Shown here: piece after piece, positions 8,447 through 18,204 of the stretch
Position numbering within the stretch: position 1 is the first letter of the stretch
Layout: the number at the start of each line of letters is the position of its first letter
From: a virus
Taxonomy: Duplodnaviria > Caudoviricetes
Length of the DNA stretch: 53,127 nt
Direction: 5' to 3' (one strand)
IMG/VR virus record: IMGVR_UViG_3300044675_006021
Span: 1-53,127 of that record
Notes under the pieces: model-generated
What the model saw: the letters and a program-made list of their open reading frames with translations, nothing else
Told to the model about the DNA's origin: nothing
The model's database searches: none
Made by a program: the position numbers and the translations under genes

Positions 8447-9078
8447 TATCCGTAATAAATCCACAAACGGTAACATTAGACAGCAAGGTCAAAATTGCCA
8501 TATCTACGGCAGAACAGACCGTTGGAAGTGATTTTAATACAAGTGAGCTAAATCCTTGGCTCGGTGATAAACTCACCGTAGAATCTTTATTTCCTCAGTG
8601 GATTTTAAAAGCTTATGAAAATGACACCGAAAATGTCATGATCATTCCAATAATCAAACAATATTTTCGATGGTTGTTTAGCCAAGAGTATGGATACGGA
8701 GCTCAATTAAACTGGGAAAATATTCGAGTTCCATTGTTTGCAAATTCAATTTTTTTAGAAGCACTGGCTGATTACTATTTTCCAAATGCTGATTTTTCAA
8801 CTCCGGCATTAAATGCAGTCTTGCCAAACATACGTCAATTTGCTGTAAAATCGGATTCAAACTATTTTAATATAAAGGGCACCCCATCTGCAATAAAGTA
8901 TGTAATATGCTCTTTGCTTGGTTTTAATTGGGATGACGTGTTTGTCTATACAAACAGCGGTGTCTTGGTAGAAATTAGAATTGCAAGCGCACAGGCAAGC
9001 TTGCTTGAGCCTTTTAAACCATTTTTAGTAAGTCATGTAATACCAGTGGGATCTGTTCCTAACTACACTACATTTTAA
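8443..9078 (+). CDS. Baseplate wedge gp7-like, short form
   Basis: FP.WI, IKQYFRWL and KGT..AIKY....L.G resemble the gp7/P2 gpI core; follows gp6. Confidence 0.6.
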   Translation: MISVINPQTVTLDSKVKIAISTAEQTVGSDFNTSELNPWLGDKLTVESLFPQWILKAYENDTENVMIIPIIKQYFRWLFSQEYGYGAQLNWENIRVPLFANSIFLEALADYYFPNADFSTPALNAVLPNIRQFAVKSDSNYFNIKGTPSAIKYVICSLLGFNWDDVFVYTNSGVLVEIRIASAQASLLEPFKPFLVSHVIPVGSVPNYTTF

Positions 9079-9083
9079 TTTTT

Positions 9084-9536
9084 ATGTTTAAAAAGATGAT
9101 CATGTTTGCCTCATCCCTCGCTTCACGGGGGCTTGGCAATAAAAAAACAGATATTGAAACAAAAAAACTACGCGTTCTATCCTGTTTTGGTGGAATAGAG
9201 GATATTCCACCATGCCCATATTTAATACAAAGCAGGGTGGACCAGTCAAAGCATTACTGTGGGAAGTGCGGCTGCGGTGATAAAAAAATGACTTGGTTAA
9301 TGACTAATGAGGAAGATTACTCCAAATTAGATTTTCCAGTATTGAATTGCCCCATCAAGATGCCTGGATTTAGCAACTATGATCCTAATTTTGTAAGTCC
9401 AGAAATAAAAGTCAGAAAAGAAAGCATAGAATCACTAGATCCAGAAAAACTGAATTTAATTCAGGTAACTTTGGGTGCCAGTGAAGAAAAAGAAAAAATT
9501 ATAGCCGAGGTTACCAAAATAACTAAGAATACATAA
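9084..9536 (+). CDS. Cys-rich hypothetical protein (possible metal binding)
   Basis: SCFGG..PPCPYL..HYCGKCGCGD..LNCP cysteine pattern. Confidence 0.7.
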   Translation: MFKKMIMFASSLASRGLGNKKTDIETKKLRVLSCFGGIEDIPPCPYLIQSRVDQSKHYCGKCGCGDKKMTWLMTNEEDYSKLDFPVLNCPIKMPGFSNYDPNFVSPEIKVRKESIESLDPEKLNLIQVTLGASEEKEKIIAEVTKITKNT

Positions 9537-9539
9537 ATA
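9532..9539 (+). promoter_or_regulatory. Late promoter CATAAATA
   Basis: 5 nt before the gp13 ATG. Confidence 0.7.
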
Positions 9540-9544
9540 TTTGT

Positions 9545-10381
9545 ATGGCTATAACCTCACGACAAGAATTCATCGACTTTACATTTAGACGGTTGGGTGC
9601 TCCAGTAATCCAGATAAACGTGGACATGGAGCAAGCACACGACCGTTTAGATGAATCCTTGGAATACATGCAAGAACGTCATTTTGATTTTAATGAGCGA
9701 GCTCAGTTCGTTGTTCCCGTTACACAACAAAATATAAATCAACAATATTTTGACGTAACTCAATTTGGATATGCCCTGGGAGCCCAAGGAGTAACATCCG
9801 CAGAAACGGGAGCAACTGCTTTTTGGCCTGCTGCAGCAGATATTAGAACTATAAGTAACGTGTATAGCCCGGGTAACCAAGTTGGTGACTATATGTTTGA
9901 TTTGCGTTATCAGATGACTTTGTTTGATTTCTTTGGTCTTTATTTTAACCAAGGAGGTCTCCAACAGGGACCGATGGCGACATATATGGAGGCCATGCAA
10001 TACATCTCACTCATTAATGATGTGTTTAATTATCCTGTACCATATACATTCACAAAAACTACCAATAGGTTATTTTTGGAAACTCAGCCTTCAGATACGT
10101 ACAGCACTGCAGGGTCATATTTGATGGTTGATGCATATGTGCAGGTAAACCCTGAATATTATCCAAGAGTCTGGAGTGATCGTATTTTTCAAAGACACTA
10201 CTCCGCTTTGCTCAAAAAGCAATGGGCACAAAATTTAATGAAGTACACCGGAATACCGCTTCCCGGTGGAGCTTCGATCAATGCAGCTGCGATAATGCAA
10301 GATGCAGTTAGAGAGTTGGCAGAAATTGAAGCAATGCTGCTCAAGACACAAGAACTACCAGTTAACCCACTTATAGGATAA
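9545..10381 (+). CDS. gp13: Neck protein gp13
   Basis: SRQE.ID...RRLGAPVI.INV and K.QW.QNL.KY.G..LPGG..IN motifs. Confidence 0.93.
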   Translation: MAITSRQEFIDFTFRRLGAPVIQINVDMEQAHDRLDESLEYMQERHFDFNERAQFVVPVTQQNINQQYFDVTQFGYALGAQGVTSAETGATAFWPAAADIRTISNVYSPGNQVGDYMFDLRYQMTLFDFFGLYFNQGGLQQGPMATYMEAMQYISLINDVFNYPVPYTFTKTTNRLFLETQPSDTYSTAGSYLMVDAYVQVNPEYYPRVWSDRIFQRHYSALLKKQWAQNLMKYTGIPLPGGASINAAAIMQDAVRELAEIEAMLLKTQELPVNPLIG

Positions 10382-10382
10382 C

Positions 10383-11069
10383 ATGGCAACTAATCCCTAC
10401 ATCAATTTAACAAATTTTGGTCCCGAACAGTCTCTAATAGAAAGTTTGACCATTGAATTGATTCAGGGCATGGGACAAAATTGCTATTACGTTCCAAGAA
10501 AATATTTTAACATTGATAAAATATTTGGTGAAGATCCAGCGACTTCATTTGAAAAAACATATGTTATAGAGATGTACATTCAATCCTATAAAGGATTTGA
10601 AGGTACTGATGTGATCTCACAATTTGGATTGGAAATTAGAGATAAAATATCTCTTTTATTTGCAAGAGCAAGATTCCGTCAACAGGTTACGGTGTACGAT
10701 CCAGAAATAACAAGACCAAGAGAAGGCGATTTAATATATTTTCCTCTATCAAAATCTCTGTTTGAGATAAACTTTGTAGAACATGAAAATCCATTATATC
10801 CTCTTGGGCGTTTGTATTCCTATCAAGTAACAGCCGAACTGTTTACTTACAGCTACGAAAGAATCGAAACCAACGTGGCCAATATCAATTCACCGTATAC
10901 GTCTACTCGCGGTTTAAGCGGTTCTGTTGTAATTCCACTAAACAACAATCTTGGAACTACAATGGGCATCAATGATATTCTTGCCCAAGAAGGCAATAGT
11001 TATGGCTTTGATCCCAATAACCCATTCAATGACTGTGCAATCGATGCTAGCTGCGATAAAGAGCAATAA
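10383..11069 (+). CDS. gp14: Neck protein gp14
   Basis: EQ.LIE.L..E.I, YY.PR, FGED, FGLEIRD, RPREGDLIYFP and FEI.FVEHE.P.Y.LG motifs. Confidence 0.93.
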   Translation: MATNPYINLTNFGPEQSLIESLTIELIQGMGQNCYYVPRKYFNIDKIFGEDPATSFEKTYVIEMYIQSYKGFEGTDVISQFGLEIRDKISLLFARARFRQQVTVYDPEITRPREGDLIYFPLSKSLFEINFVEHENPLYPLGRLYSYQVTAELFTYSYERIETNVANINSPYTSTRGLSGSVVIPLNNNLGTTMGINDILAQEGNSYGFDPNNPFNDCAIDASCDKEQ

Positions 11070-11078
11070 AGGATTAAA

Positions 11079-11735
11079 ATGTTTGGATATTACTATAATC
11101 AAAATTTAAGAAAATTGGTTGTTGGGTTTGGTGCACTTTTCCAAAATATCCAAGTAGCCCATCTAGACCCTGTCACAGAACAACCTTTTAATATACGGGT
11201 GCCAATACATTATTCTGCACAGGAAAAGTTTATCCAAAGGTTACTACAACCCTCTTCAATCACAGAGGGCACTCGTATTGAGTTCCAGCTTCCCATCATG
11301 AGTTTTGTGATGAATAGTATTGTTGCAGACCCGGGACGAAGAATAAGTAGATTTGCTTCCAACATAAATTTACAAAATGGAGAATCGTGTGATTTTGAAG
11401 GTAAAAAAATTCAAACACAGATCCCAGTAAATGTATCGTTTAATCTATTCGTATATACTAGGCATACTGACGATATGCTGCAAATTGTAGAACAGATTAT
11501 GCCATTTTTTACTCCAGATCATCTTATTAAGTTAGATATGAATGAAGTGCAACCTGATCTGCAGATACCAATTGTTATGATAAGCAATAATTTGACCGAA
11601 AAATATGAAGGTGATTTGAATTCACGAAGAATAAACATAGCGTCGTTTCAATTTGTTGCAAAATCCTGGATATTCGGTGAAGTGAGCAGTGTGACCACTA
11701 TTAGTACATCTCAAGAGATTGTAGATTTGGATTAA
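11079..11735 (+). CDS. gp15: Tail sheath stabiliser/terminator gp15
   Basis: MFGYYYN..LRK.VV.FG.LF, VPI.Y...EKF, LP.MSF and QIVEQI.P.F.P motifs. Confidence 0.93.
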   Translation: MFGYYYNQNLRKLVVGFGALFQNIQVAHLDPVTEQPFNIRVPIHYSAQEKFIQRLLQPSSITEGTRIEFQLPIMSFVMNSIVADPGRRISRFASNINLQNGESCDFEGKKIQTQIPVNVSFNLFVYTRHTDDMLQIVEQIMPFFTPDHLIKLDMNEVQPDLQIPIVMISNNLTEKYEGDLNSRRINIASFQFVAKSWIFGEVSSVTTISTSQEIVDLD

Positions 11736-11738
11736 ATT

Positions 11739-12182
11739 ATGAATTTAAATAAAAATTTGGCAAAGCTGTTTGACGTTGATACGAAAGAAAGCAACAAAAA
11801 ACAGATTGCAGGTGGAACATTTGATGCAAATAATTTTCAAAAAGATTACGAATTTGTTCAAACAAATTTAAAAGATTTGATTGGAAACGGAAATGTTGCA
11901 TTGGAGTCGGCCCTAAAGGTTGCAACAGAATCTGATAGCCCTCGGGCCTTCGAGGTTGTGGCAATACTATTAAAAACCATGGCCGATTTGAATAATAATG
12001 TTTTAGATGTGCATAAAAAAGCAAAAGACACGACTGCACCTGTTAAGGCAGAGTTAAAGCAAACCAATAATTCCGTCTTTATTGGTTCAACAAAAGATCT
12101 GCAGAACCTATTAAATAAAGATAGAAGCACGGAAAAAGAAATTGTGGATGTGGAGACTATAGAAAATGGCGATAAACAATAA
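11739..12182 (+). CDS. gp16: Terminase small subunit gp16
   Basis: DYE....NL..LI..G, A.ESDSPRAFEV and NNSVFIGST.DLQ motifs. Confidence 0.92.
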   Translation: MNLNKNLAKLFDVDTKESNKKQIAGGTFDANNFQKDYEFVQTNLKDLIGNGNVALESALKVATESDSPRAFEVVAILLKTMADLNNNVLDVHKKAKDTTAPVKAELKQTNNSVFIGSTKDLQNLLNKDRSTEKEIVDVETIENGDKQ

Positions 12183-13821
12183 AGAGGGTTATCGGAATAA
12201 TCCAAAATTAAAACTTCCGGGAGTTGAGCTCCAATATACAGAGGAGCAGTTAAAAGAATACGTCAGATGTGCAAAAGATCCGGTTTATTTTTGTGAAAAA
12301 TATATTAAAGTCAAAACCCTAGATAAGGGAATCGTTCCCTTCAATCTATACCAATATCAAAAAAACTTTGTGAATGCAATTCACGATAGCCGATTTGTAA
12401 TTTCAAAGTGGCCTCGCCAATGTGGTAAGTCTACCTGTGTAACGAGTTATATTTGCCATTATATTACCTTTAACCAAAGCGTAAACGTTGCAATCCTTGC
12501 CAACCGATTAAAAACAGCCAAAGAAGAACTTTTTTCCAAGTTGCAATTAGCTTACGAAAATTTACCGCACTTTTTGCAACAAGGTGTTGTGGAATGGAAT
12601 AAAACCAGCTTTAAGTTGGAAAATGGCTCTAGAGTAATGTGTGATGCCACAAGCTCATCTGCAATCCGTGGTGGTTCTTATAACCTTCTTCTGTTGGACG
12701 AATACGCATTCTTACCCAGTCACGTAGCAGAAGAATTCTATACATCTACTTACCCAACCATTTCTGCAGGTACTACAACCAAACTCATCATCGTTTCTAC
12801 GCCAAACGGCATGAACCACTTCCACAAGCTTTGGGTTGACGCTAAAAGACCAGACGGGCACAAGTTAAAAAATAAATTCGTGCCAGTAGAAGTAACTTGG
12901 CGGGATACTCCAATAAGCCCAGGAAGTCCAAAACTCAGAGATGATGAATGGGCAGCAGAACAGATAGCAAATACAAGCGCTGATCAGTTTGAACAAGAAT
13001 ATGGCTGTAGCTTTTTGGGCTCATCAAATACTCTGATATCTTCAAGCAAACTAAACGTACTTGCTGGAGAAGAACCGATAACTGAAAATGCAGACGGATA
13101 TCGTGTATATGAAACCCCACAGGCAGAAAAAACATATTTTTTGCAGGCTGACGTATCCCGTGGGCAGGGTATTGATTATTCCGCCTTTACAGTAATAGAA
13201 GGTTCCTCTACTCCATATAAGATCGTAGCCAGCTACAGAAACAATACGATCAGCCCGTTTAACTTCCCAACAGTTATAAGAGATGCTGCTAAAGCCTATA
13301 ACAATGCATATGTTTTAATTGAAACCAACGATTTGGGTGGACAGGTATCAAATATCTTGCACGCGGATCTGGAATATGAAAATGTGCTTATGACTAAGGT
13401 TTTGGGAAGAAAGGGTCAGGTACTTTCTCAGGGGTTCGGTGGAGTTGGAAAAAATGAAATGGGTATCCGTACAACAGCCCAAACTAAAAAAATTGGCTGT
13501 GCTATTTTAAAAAGACTTGTTGAAGAAAACAAAATTTTGTTAAATGATGACAGAATCATTGCAGAATTGATGTCTTTCGTATCTAAATCCAATACATATA
13601 AAGCGGACGACGGTCAAACTGACGACTTGGTAATGAGTTTGGTTTTCTTTGCATGGCTTACCAGACAAGAATATTTTGCTGATTTGATCGAACAGGCAAA
13701 ATTTAACTATGAAGAGAGTATAAAACCAGAAGATGACAACGTTTTATTTGTTCCAGAGAGCAAAAATGATGATGATAATGGTGAATTTATCCACGGAGGG
13801 GCAATTTGGTATCCTGTATAA
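12166..13821 (+). CDS. gp17: Terminase large subunit gp17
   Basis: Walker A RQCGKST, Walker B LLLLDEYAF, IIVSTPNG, FEQEY.C.F, DVSRG.G.DYS and DDLVM motifs. Confidence 0.97.
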   Translation: MAINNKEGYRNNPKLKLPGVELQYTEEQLKEYVRCAKDPVYFCEKYIKVKTLDKGIVPFNLYQYQKNFVNAIHDSRFVISKWPRQCGKSTCVTSYICHYITFNQSVNVAILANRLKTAKEELFSKLQLAYENLPHFLQQGVVEWNKTSFKLENGSRVMCDATSSSAIRGGSYNLLLLDEYAFLPSHVAEEFYTSTYPTISAGTTTKLIIVSTPNGMNHFHKLWVDAKRPDGHKLKNKFVPVEVTWRDTPISPGSPKLRDDEWAAEQIANTSADQFEQEYGCSFLGSSNTLISSSKLNVLAGEEPITENADGYRVYETPQAEKTYFLQADVSRGQGIDYSAFTVIEGSSTPYKIVASYRNNTISPFNFPTVIRDAAKAYNNAYVLIETNDLGGQVSNILHADLEYENVLMTKVLGRKGQVLSQGFGGVGKNEMGIRTTAQTKKIGCAILKRLVEENKILLNDDRIIAELMSFVSKSNTYKADDGQTDDLVMSLVFFAWLTRQEYFADLIEQAKFNYEESIKPEDDNVLFVPESKNDDDNGEFIHGGAIWYPV

Positions 13822-13825
13822 AAAG

Positions 13826-13833
13826 TATAAATA
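13826..13833 (+). promoter_or_regulatory. Late promoter TATAAATA
   Basis: Exact consensus upstream of gp18, followed by an AAGGA SD. Confidence 0.8.
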
Positions 13834-13854
13834 ATTTACATAGAAGGATAATAA

Positions 13855-15147
13855 ATGCCATCACTCAGCTCTTTTATCAGCACAAACCAATATAATAAAG
13901 AAAGTACTACAATTCCTCTATTGGGAGGAATGCAGCTGGGCTCAACATACGCTGGCGTTACTTTTAATGGTGCTGGTGTGGCAATAACCGATCCAGGTGG
14001 CTTATTTGGATGGCTTGTTTATTCCAGATACACAAGATATAGTCCACCAAAAGGCGGAACAGCTGACAAATATATTGTTTATACCAACCCTTCTGATTTA
14101 GTTGGCGATCTCAATAAGCTTGGAAGCATTCCAAAATGTTTAATAAGTGATCAAAATAGCGGTGGAACTTATGGATTTTTTGAAAATATTGGTGTTTTTA
14201 ACAATGTTATTCGTCTAAAACCATTACAAAATGGACAAGATTTCTTGTATGCAATACACTATCTCGCATACGGCGGTCAATTAATCTTAACAGGCGGTCC
14301 CCAAGGATTTGACCAATATCAAAACGATACTAATAAGTCTCTTGATGTTATCATAGATACTGTTGGTACGACATCAAATGCCCGGTGGTTAATCGATCAA
14401 CCCAATACAGTTGGTATTTTTCCAACGATAACTGTTGGTGGTTTAACCGGAGCAGGATACACCATGGCAGATTTTGCTACGCTTCTAGGTAGCACAACCT
14501 ATCTTAGCGGGACAACTGTAGCAAATAGAATTTTTAATGTCTGTGGTGTAAAGAGAGTTAATCTTGCAGACACTACAACGCTTTTGGCAAACAGTAAAAT
14601 TAGTTACGATTTGAGTGCTGTTTCCGACGTTGGTGGCTTCTTTACTCGGTCAAAGAATAGAAACCAATTGTATTTGACGGTTGCAGGTGTTAGACTTTCT
14701 ACCGTTTTGAACGGTAGTATAACTAATACCGTCGATTGGCAAGATTCTCTTAAAGATGCTTTGCGTTTAAATCGCGTAAACTTCTTTGTAAACAACATCC
14801 CAAAGTTTTTGGGCGGTGATGTTGTCGGTGCTACATCTGGAGGGCCAGTAACCCAAGAAGAGAGAATTGGTGTATCAAAACTCAAATCAGCTATTGGAAA
14901 TGATTTGAACAAAATTGGGTTAAAATATCTGTTCGAACCCAATAATGCAACCACAAGAGCCAGAGTTACTACGGAAATGCGAACAGCAATGAATAAGTAC
15001 TCATCCTTCGTATTTCCGGCATCTACTCAGATAATTTGCGATAGCTCAAACAATACGAATGATAGCTCGACTCTAGTGATGACGGTTGTATTCCAACCAG
15101 TTTTGAGTATTGATAGCTTTGAAGTAACAGTCAGCGTCACACCATAA
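13855..15147 (+). CDS. gp18: Tail sheath protein gp18, divergent short form
   Basis: C-terminal RI.V..L, LFEPNN..TR, ICD.SNNT and F.P..SI motifs; position between gp17 and gp19; 430 aa. Confidence 0.8.
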   Translation: MPSLSSFISTNQYNKESTTIPLLGGMQLGSTYAGVTFNGAGVAITDPGGLFGWLVYSRYTRYSPPKGGTADKYIVYTNPSDLVGDLNKLGSIPKCLISDQNSGGTYGFFENIGVFNNVIRLKPLQNGQDFLYAIHYLAYGGQLILTGGPQGFDQYQNDTNKSLDVIIDTVGTTSNARWLIDQPNTVGIFPTITVGGLTGAGYTMADFATLLGSTTYLSGTTVANRIFNVCGVKRVNLADTTTLLANSKISYDLSAVSDVGGFFTRSKNRNQLYLTVAGVRLSTVLNGSITNTVDWQDSLKDALRLNRVNFFVNNIPKFLGGDVVGATSGGPVTQEERIGVSKLKSAIGNDLNKIGLKYLFEPNNATTRARVTTEMRTAMNKYSSFVFPASTQIICDSSNNTNDSSTLVMTVVFQPVLSIDSFEVTVSVTP

Positions 15148-15692
15148 TGGCAATAAATAATTCCAATTCCATAACAGCATTTAAAAACGGGTTCAACGGA
15201 GGAACCCGTGCAAACAGATTTATTGTTCGGCCAGATTGGCCAAATAAAATTACTGTACCGCAGGCGGATAGTAGTTTTAAGATTGTATCTGCATCTCTAC
15301 CAGCAGTTCAAATCAATACTATAGGTGTTCCCTACCGTGGGCGCATGATAACCTTCCCAGGAGACCGTCAATACAGTACTTGGGCGATTGGTATCTATGA
15401 TGACAATAACACCAGAAACATCTGGAAGGGCCTACACAGATGGGGTGAATTGATGGATGGTCACTTTACGCACTTGGTAGATGACGACGATTATGCATTT
15501 ACCAGTCTCCAGACAGATTGGTCAATCCAGCAATTGGATTTAAATGGAACTGTTTTAAAAACAATCACTTTATATAAATGCTGGCCATCCGTAGTTGGTG
15601 AAATAAATCTAAACATGGGAGAAGCTGGGTTCGTAAGTTTTAGTGCTACTTTAACGTTTGATTATATTTCCATTGACGACAATTACAATTAA
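15147..15692 (+). CDS. gp19: Tail tube protein gp19 (copy 1)
   Basis: GG.RANRF, ASLP, VPYRGR....PGDR.Y..W, QLD.NG and CWPS.VG.I.L motifs. Confidence 0.9.
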   Translation: MAINNSNSITAFKNGFNGGTRANRFIVRPDWPNKITVPQADSSFKIVSASLPAVQINTIGVPYRGRMITFPGDRQYSTWAIGIYDDNNTRNIWKGLHRWGELMDGHFTHLVDDDDYAFTSLQTDWSIQQLDLNGTVLKTITLYKCWPSVVGEINLNMGEAGFVSFSATLTFDYISIDDNYN

Positions 15693-15697
15693 TACAA

Positions 15698-16219
15698 ATG
15701 CTAATTGATTTTAAAAACAACTTCTATGGTGGAACCAGATCAAATAGATTTCGTATCAGTGGAAATTTTCCAACTGGCGGTGGTTTTACAGACTTTCACG
15801 TAAGATCGACCACAATACCCAATGCTGCGTCCAAAACGATCAGTTATGATTATTTTGGAAGAAAGTTTCACTATCCGGGAGAAAAAGATTACGGAACTTG
15901 GTCATTTACTGCTTGGGATGATACCGGTGGGCAAAATATATGGGGCCGTTTACAAAAATGGCAAGATTTTATAAACAATCACGATACCAATATTTCTGCC
16001 CTTGATGCGGATGATTATAAAGCATATGACTGGAGAATCCAGCATTTAGACTTAAATGGCAATGCAGATCCATTAAAAGAATGGGTCTTGCATGGTTGTT
16101 GGCCCGTTGGCATCCAACAAGTTACCTTAAACATGGGCAATCCAAACACGTTAAATAGTTTTAACGTTATTATTGTGTACGACTATATTGAAATTGAAGG
16201 AATAACAGATACAAGGTGA
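15698..16219 (+). CDS. gp19: Tail tube protein gp19 (copy 2, diverged paralog)
   Basis: GGTRSNRF, YFGR...YPGE..Y..W, LDLNG, GCWP and LNMG motifs. Confidence 0.85.
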   Translation: MLIDFKNNFYGGTRSNRFRISGNFPTGGGFTDFHVRSTTIPNAASKTISYDYFGRKFHYPGEKDYGTWSFTAWDDTGGQNIWGRLQKWQDFINNHDTNISALDADDYKAYDWRIQHLDLNGNADPLKEWVLHGCWPVGIQQVTLNMGNPNTLNSFNVIIVYDYIEIEGITDTR

Positions 16220-16222
16220 TAT

Positions 16223-17791
16223 ATGGAAATTGATATATTAGGATTTCAGTTTGGAAAAAAGAAAAAACCGGAAATTGACCGCAAGGCAAATCCGATTGAG
16301 ACATTTACCGAGCCAGAGGTTTATGATGGCACAGTAACCATCGAAGCAGGTGGTTTCTTCGGCACAGCTCTTGATTATGCTGCGACCATGAAAGATGAGT
16401 CGCAGTCTATAATTCAGTATCGGAACATGTCAGTTTATCCTGAACTGGACAATGCAATCGATGAGATTGTAAATGCATCAATTGTTCCTGGAACAGATCA
16501 CAAACCAGTAAAACTAGACCTAAGCAATTGCCCGGTTTCTGATAATATCAAGACAAAAATTTATAGAGAATTTGAAACCATTCTTCACTTACTAGATTTT
16601 AATCATAGATCATATGAAATTTTTAGAAGATGGTATATTGATTCAAAAATTTATTACAATATCGTAATAGACAAAGATCTACCAAACGAGGGAATCAAAG
16701 AGATTATTCCTATCGATCCCCTAAAAATCAAAAAAGTCCGCAAGGTTAAAAAAGAAATTGATAGAAAATCTGGTAGCACTCCAACTCAAATTGTAACGGA
16801 CATCGAAGAATTCTATCTTTATACAAATACGGACAAAGAATCTTATGTAATGACTGGACCACAGGGTCTGCATTTATCCACCGATAGCATAGTTTATGTT
16901 CCATCTGGTCTAGTTGAACTAAACAGCAAGCGCGTATTGGGTTATCTTTATAAGGCAATTCGTCCTTTAAACATGTTGCGTCAGATGGAGGATGCTCTTC
17001 TTGTTTACCGTATTGCGAGAGCCCCTGAGCGTAGAGTGTTCTATGTCGATGTAGGACAGCTCCCAAAACAAAAAGCCGAGCAGTACATGCGTGACATGAT
17101 GAGCCGTTTTAGAACTCGTTTGGTATATAATCAAGATACCGGAGAAGTTCGTGATGAACGCAAGTTCATGTCAGTGTTGGAAGATTACTGGCTTCCCCGA
17201 CGTGAAGGATCAAGAGGAACTGAAATCACCACTTTGCCGGGTGCACAATCTCTTTCTCAAATTGAGGATGCGGAATACTTCAAAAAGAAACTCTACATGG
17301 CTTTAAATGTTCCCATGAGTCGTTTGCAACCTGAAAGCAACGGTTTTAATATGGGTCGTTCAACGGAAATTACAAGAGAAGAAATTAAGTTCTACAAGTT
17401 TATAGATAGACTAAGATTTCAGTTTTCAAAGTTGTTCTTGGATACTTTAAGAGTGCAGTTGCTTCTTAAAGGAATTATGACGGATGACGATTGGAAGCAT
17501 CTGAAGACTGATATCAAGTTTGTCTTTAACACCGATAACTATTTCTGGGATCTAAAAGAGGCAGAAATATTAGCAGAACGGTTAAAGATGCTTTCTTTCG
17601 TAGAGCCATACATCGGAAAGTATTTTTCTACCGATTACGTCAAAACAGATATTCTCAAATTTACTCCAGAAACTCTTATGGTTCTGGAACGTCAAATGGC
17701 CGCTGATCGCCAGAGAATGGCGCAAGAGCAAGCTGCTCTTGCAGCACAGCAAGCGGCACAGGGAATGCAAGCCGAAGAACAGGGTCAATGA
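16223..17791 (+). CDS. gp20: Portal protein gp20
   Basis: FRRWYID, YRI.RAPERRVFYVDVG.LPK.KAEQY and EDYWLPRREG.RGTEI.TLPG motifs. Confidence 0.97.
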   Translation: MEIDILGFQFGKKKKPEIDRKANPIETFTEPEVYDGTVTIEAGGFFGTALDYAATMKDESQSIIQYRNMSVYPELDNAIDEIVNASIVPGTDHKPVKLDLSNCPVSDNIKTKIYREFETILHLLDFNHRSYEIFRRWYIDSKIYYNIVIDKDLPNEGIKEIIPIDPLKIKKVRKVKKEIDRKSGSTPTQIVTDIEEFYLYTNTDKESYVMTGPQGLHLSTDSIVYVPSGLVELNSKRVLGYLYKAIRPLNMLRQMEDALLVYRIARAPERRVFYVDVGQLPKQKAEQYMRDMMSRFRTRLVYNQDTGEVRDERKFMSVLEDYWLPRREGSRGTEITTLPGAQSLSQIEDAEYFKKKLYMALNVPMSRLQPESNGFNMGRSTEITREEIKFYKFIDRLRFQFSKLFLDTLRVQLLLKGIMTDDDWKHLKTDIKFVFNTDNYFWDLKEAEILAERLKMLSFVEPYIGKYFSTDYVKTDILKFTPETLMVLERQMAADRQRMAQEQAALAAQQAAQGMQAEEQGQ

Positions 17792-18204
17792 TGCAAAACG
17801 TAACAAAACTTTTATTAAAACACGGAGTCGAAGGGCTTATCTCAGAAAATGAGGACTTTTTTAGACAAAACATAACACAAGCCCTTGCTTTAAAATTAAA
17901 TGAAAGTGTGAAAGAAATAAGAGAAAACGTTTCAGAAAAACTTTTGTTTAATGATACGTACACCACAGAGTCTGGTGAATTATCTGAATTTTTAAATTTT
18001 ATCGATAATTTTAAACCAGGAATTTATAATTTTAAAAATGGTTCTAGTATAAATATTACCGAATCAAATATAGATGATCTACAGGAATTGTTTGAGTGCC
18101 TGAACCCACAAAACAGACAAAAAATGGTATCCGAAATCTTTACTGATGCCATAACCTTCAAACAACATTTAAATTTCTTTCAGAAAGCAAAGCAAGTATT
18201 ATGA
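17788..18204 (+). CDS. Prohead core protein (gp67/gp68-like)
   Basis: Lies between gp20 and gp21; helical N-terminus and F.NG....I......L......LN..N..KM motif. Confidence 0.6.
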   Translation: MMQNVTKLLLKHGVEGLISENEDFFRQNITQALALKLNESVKEIRENVSEKLLFNDTYTTESGELSEFLNFIDNFKPGIYNFKNGSSINITESNIDDLQELFECLNPQNRQKMVSEIFTDAITFKQHLNFFQKAKQVL

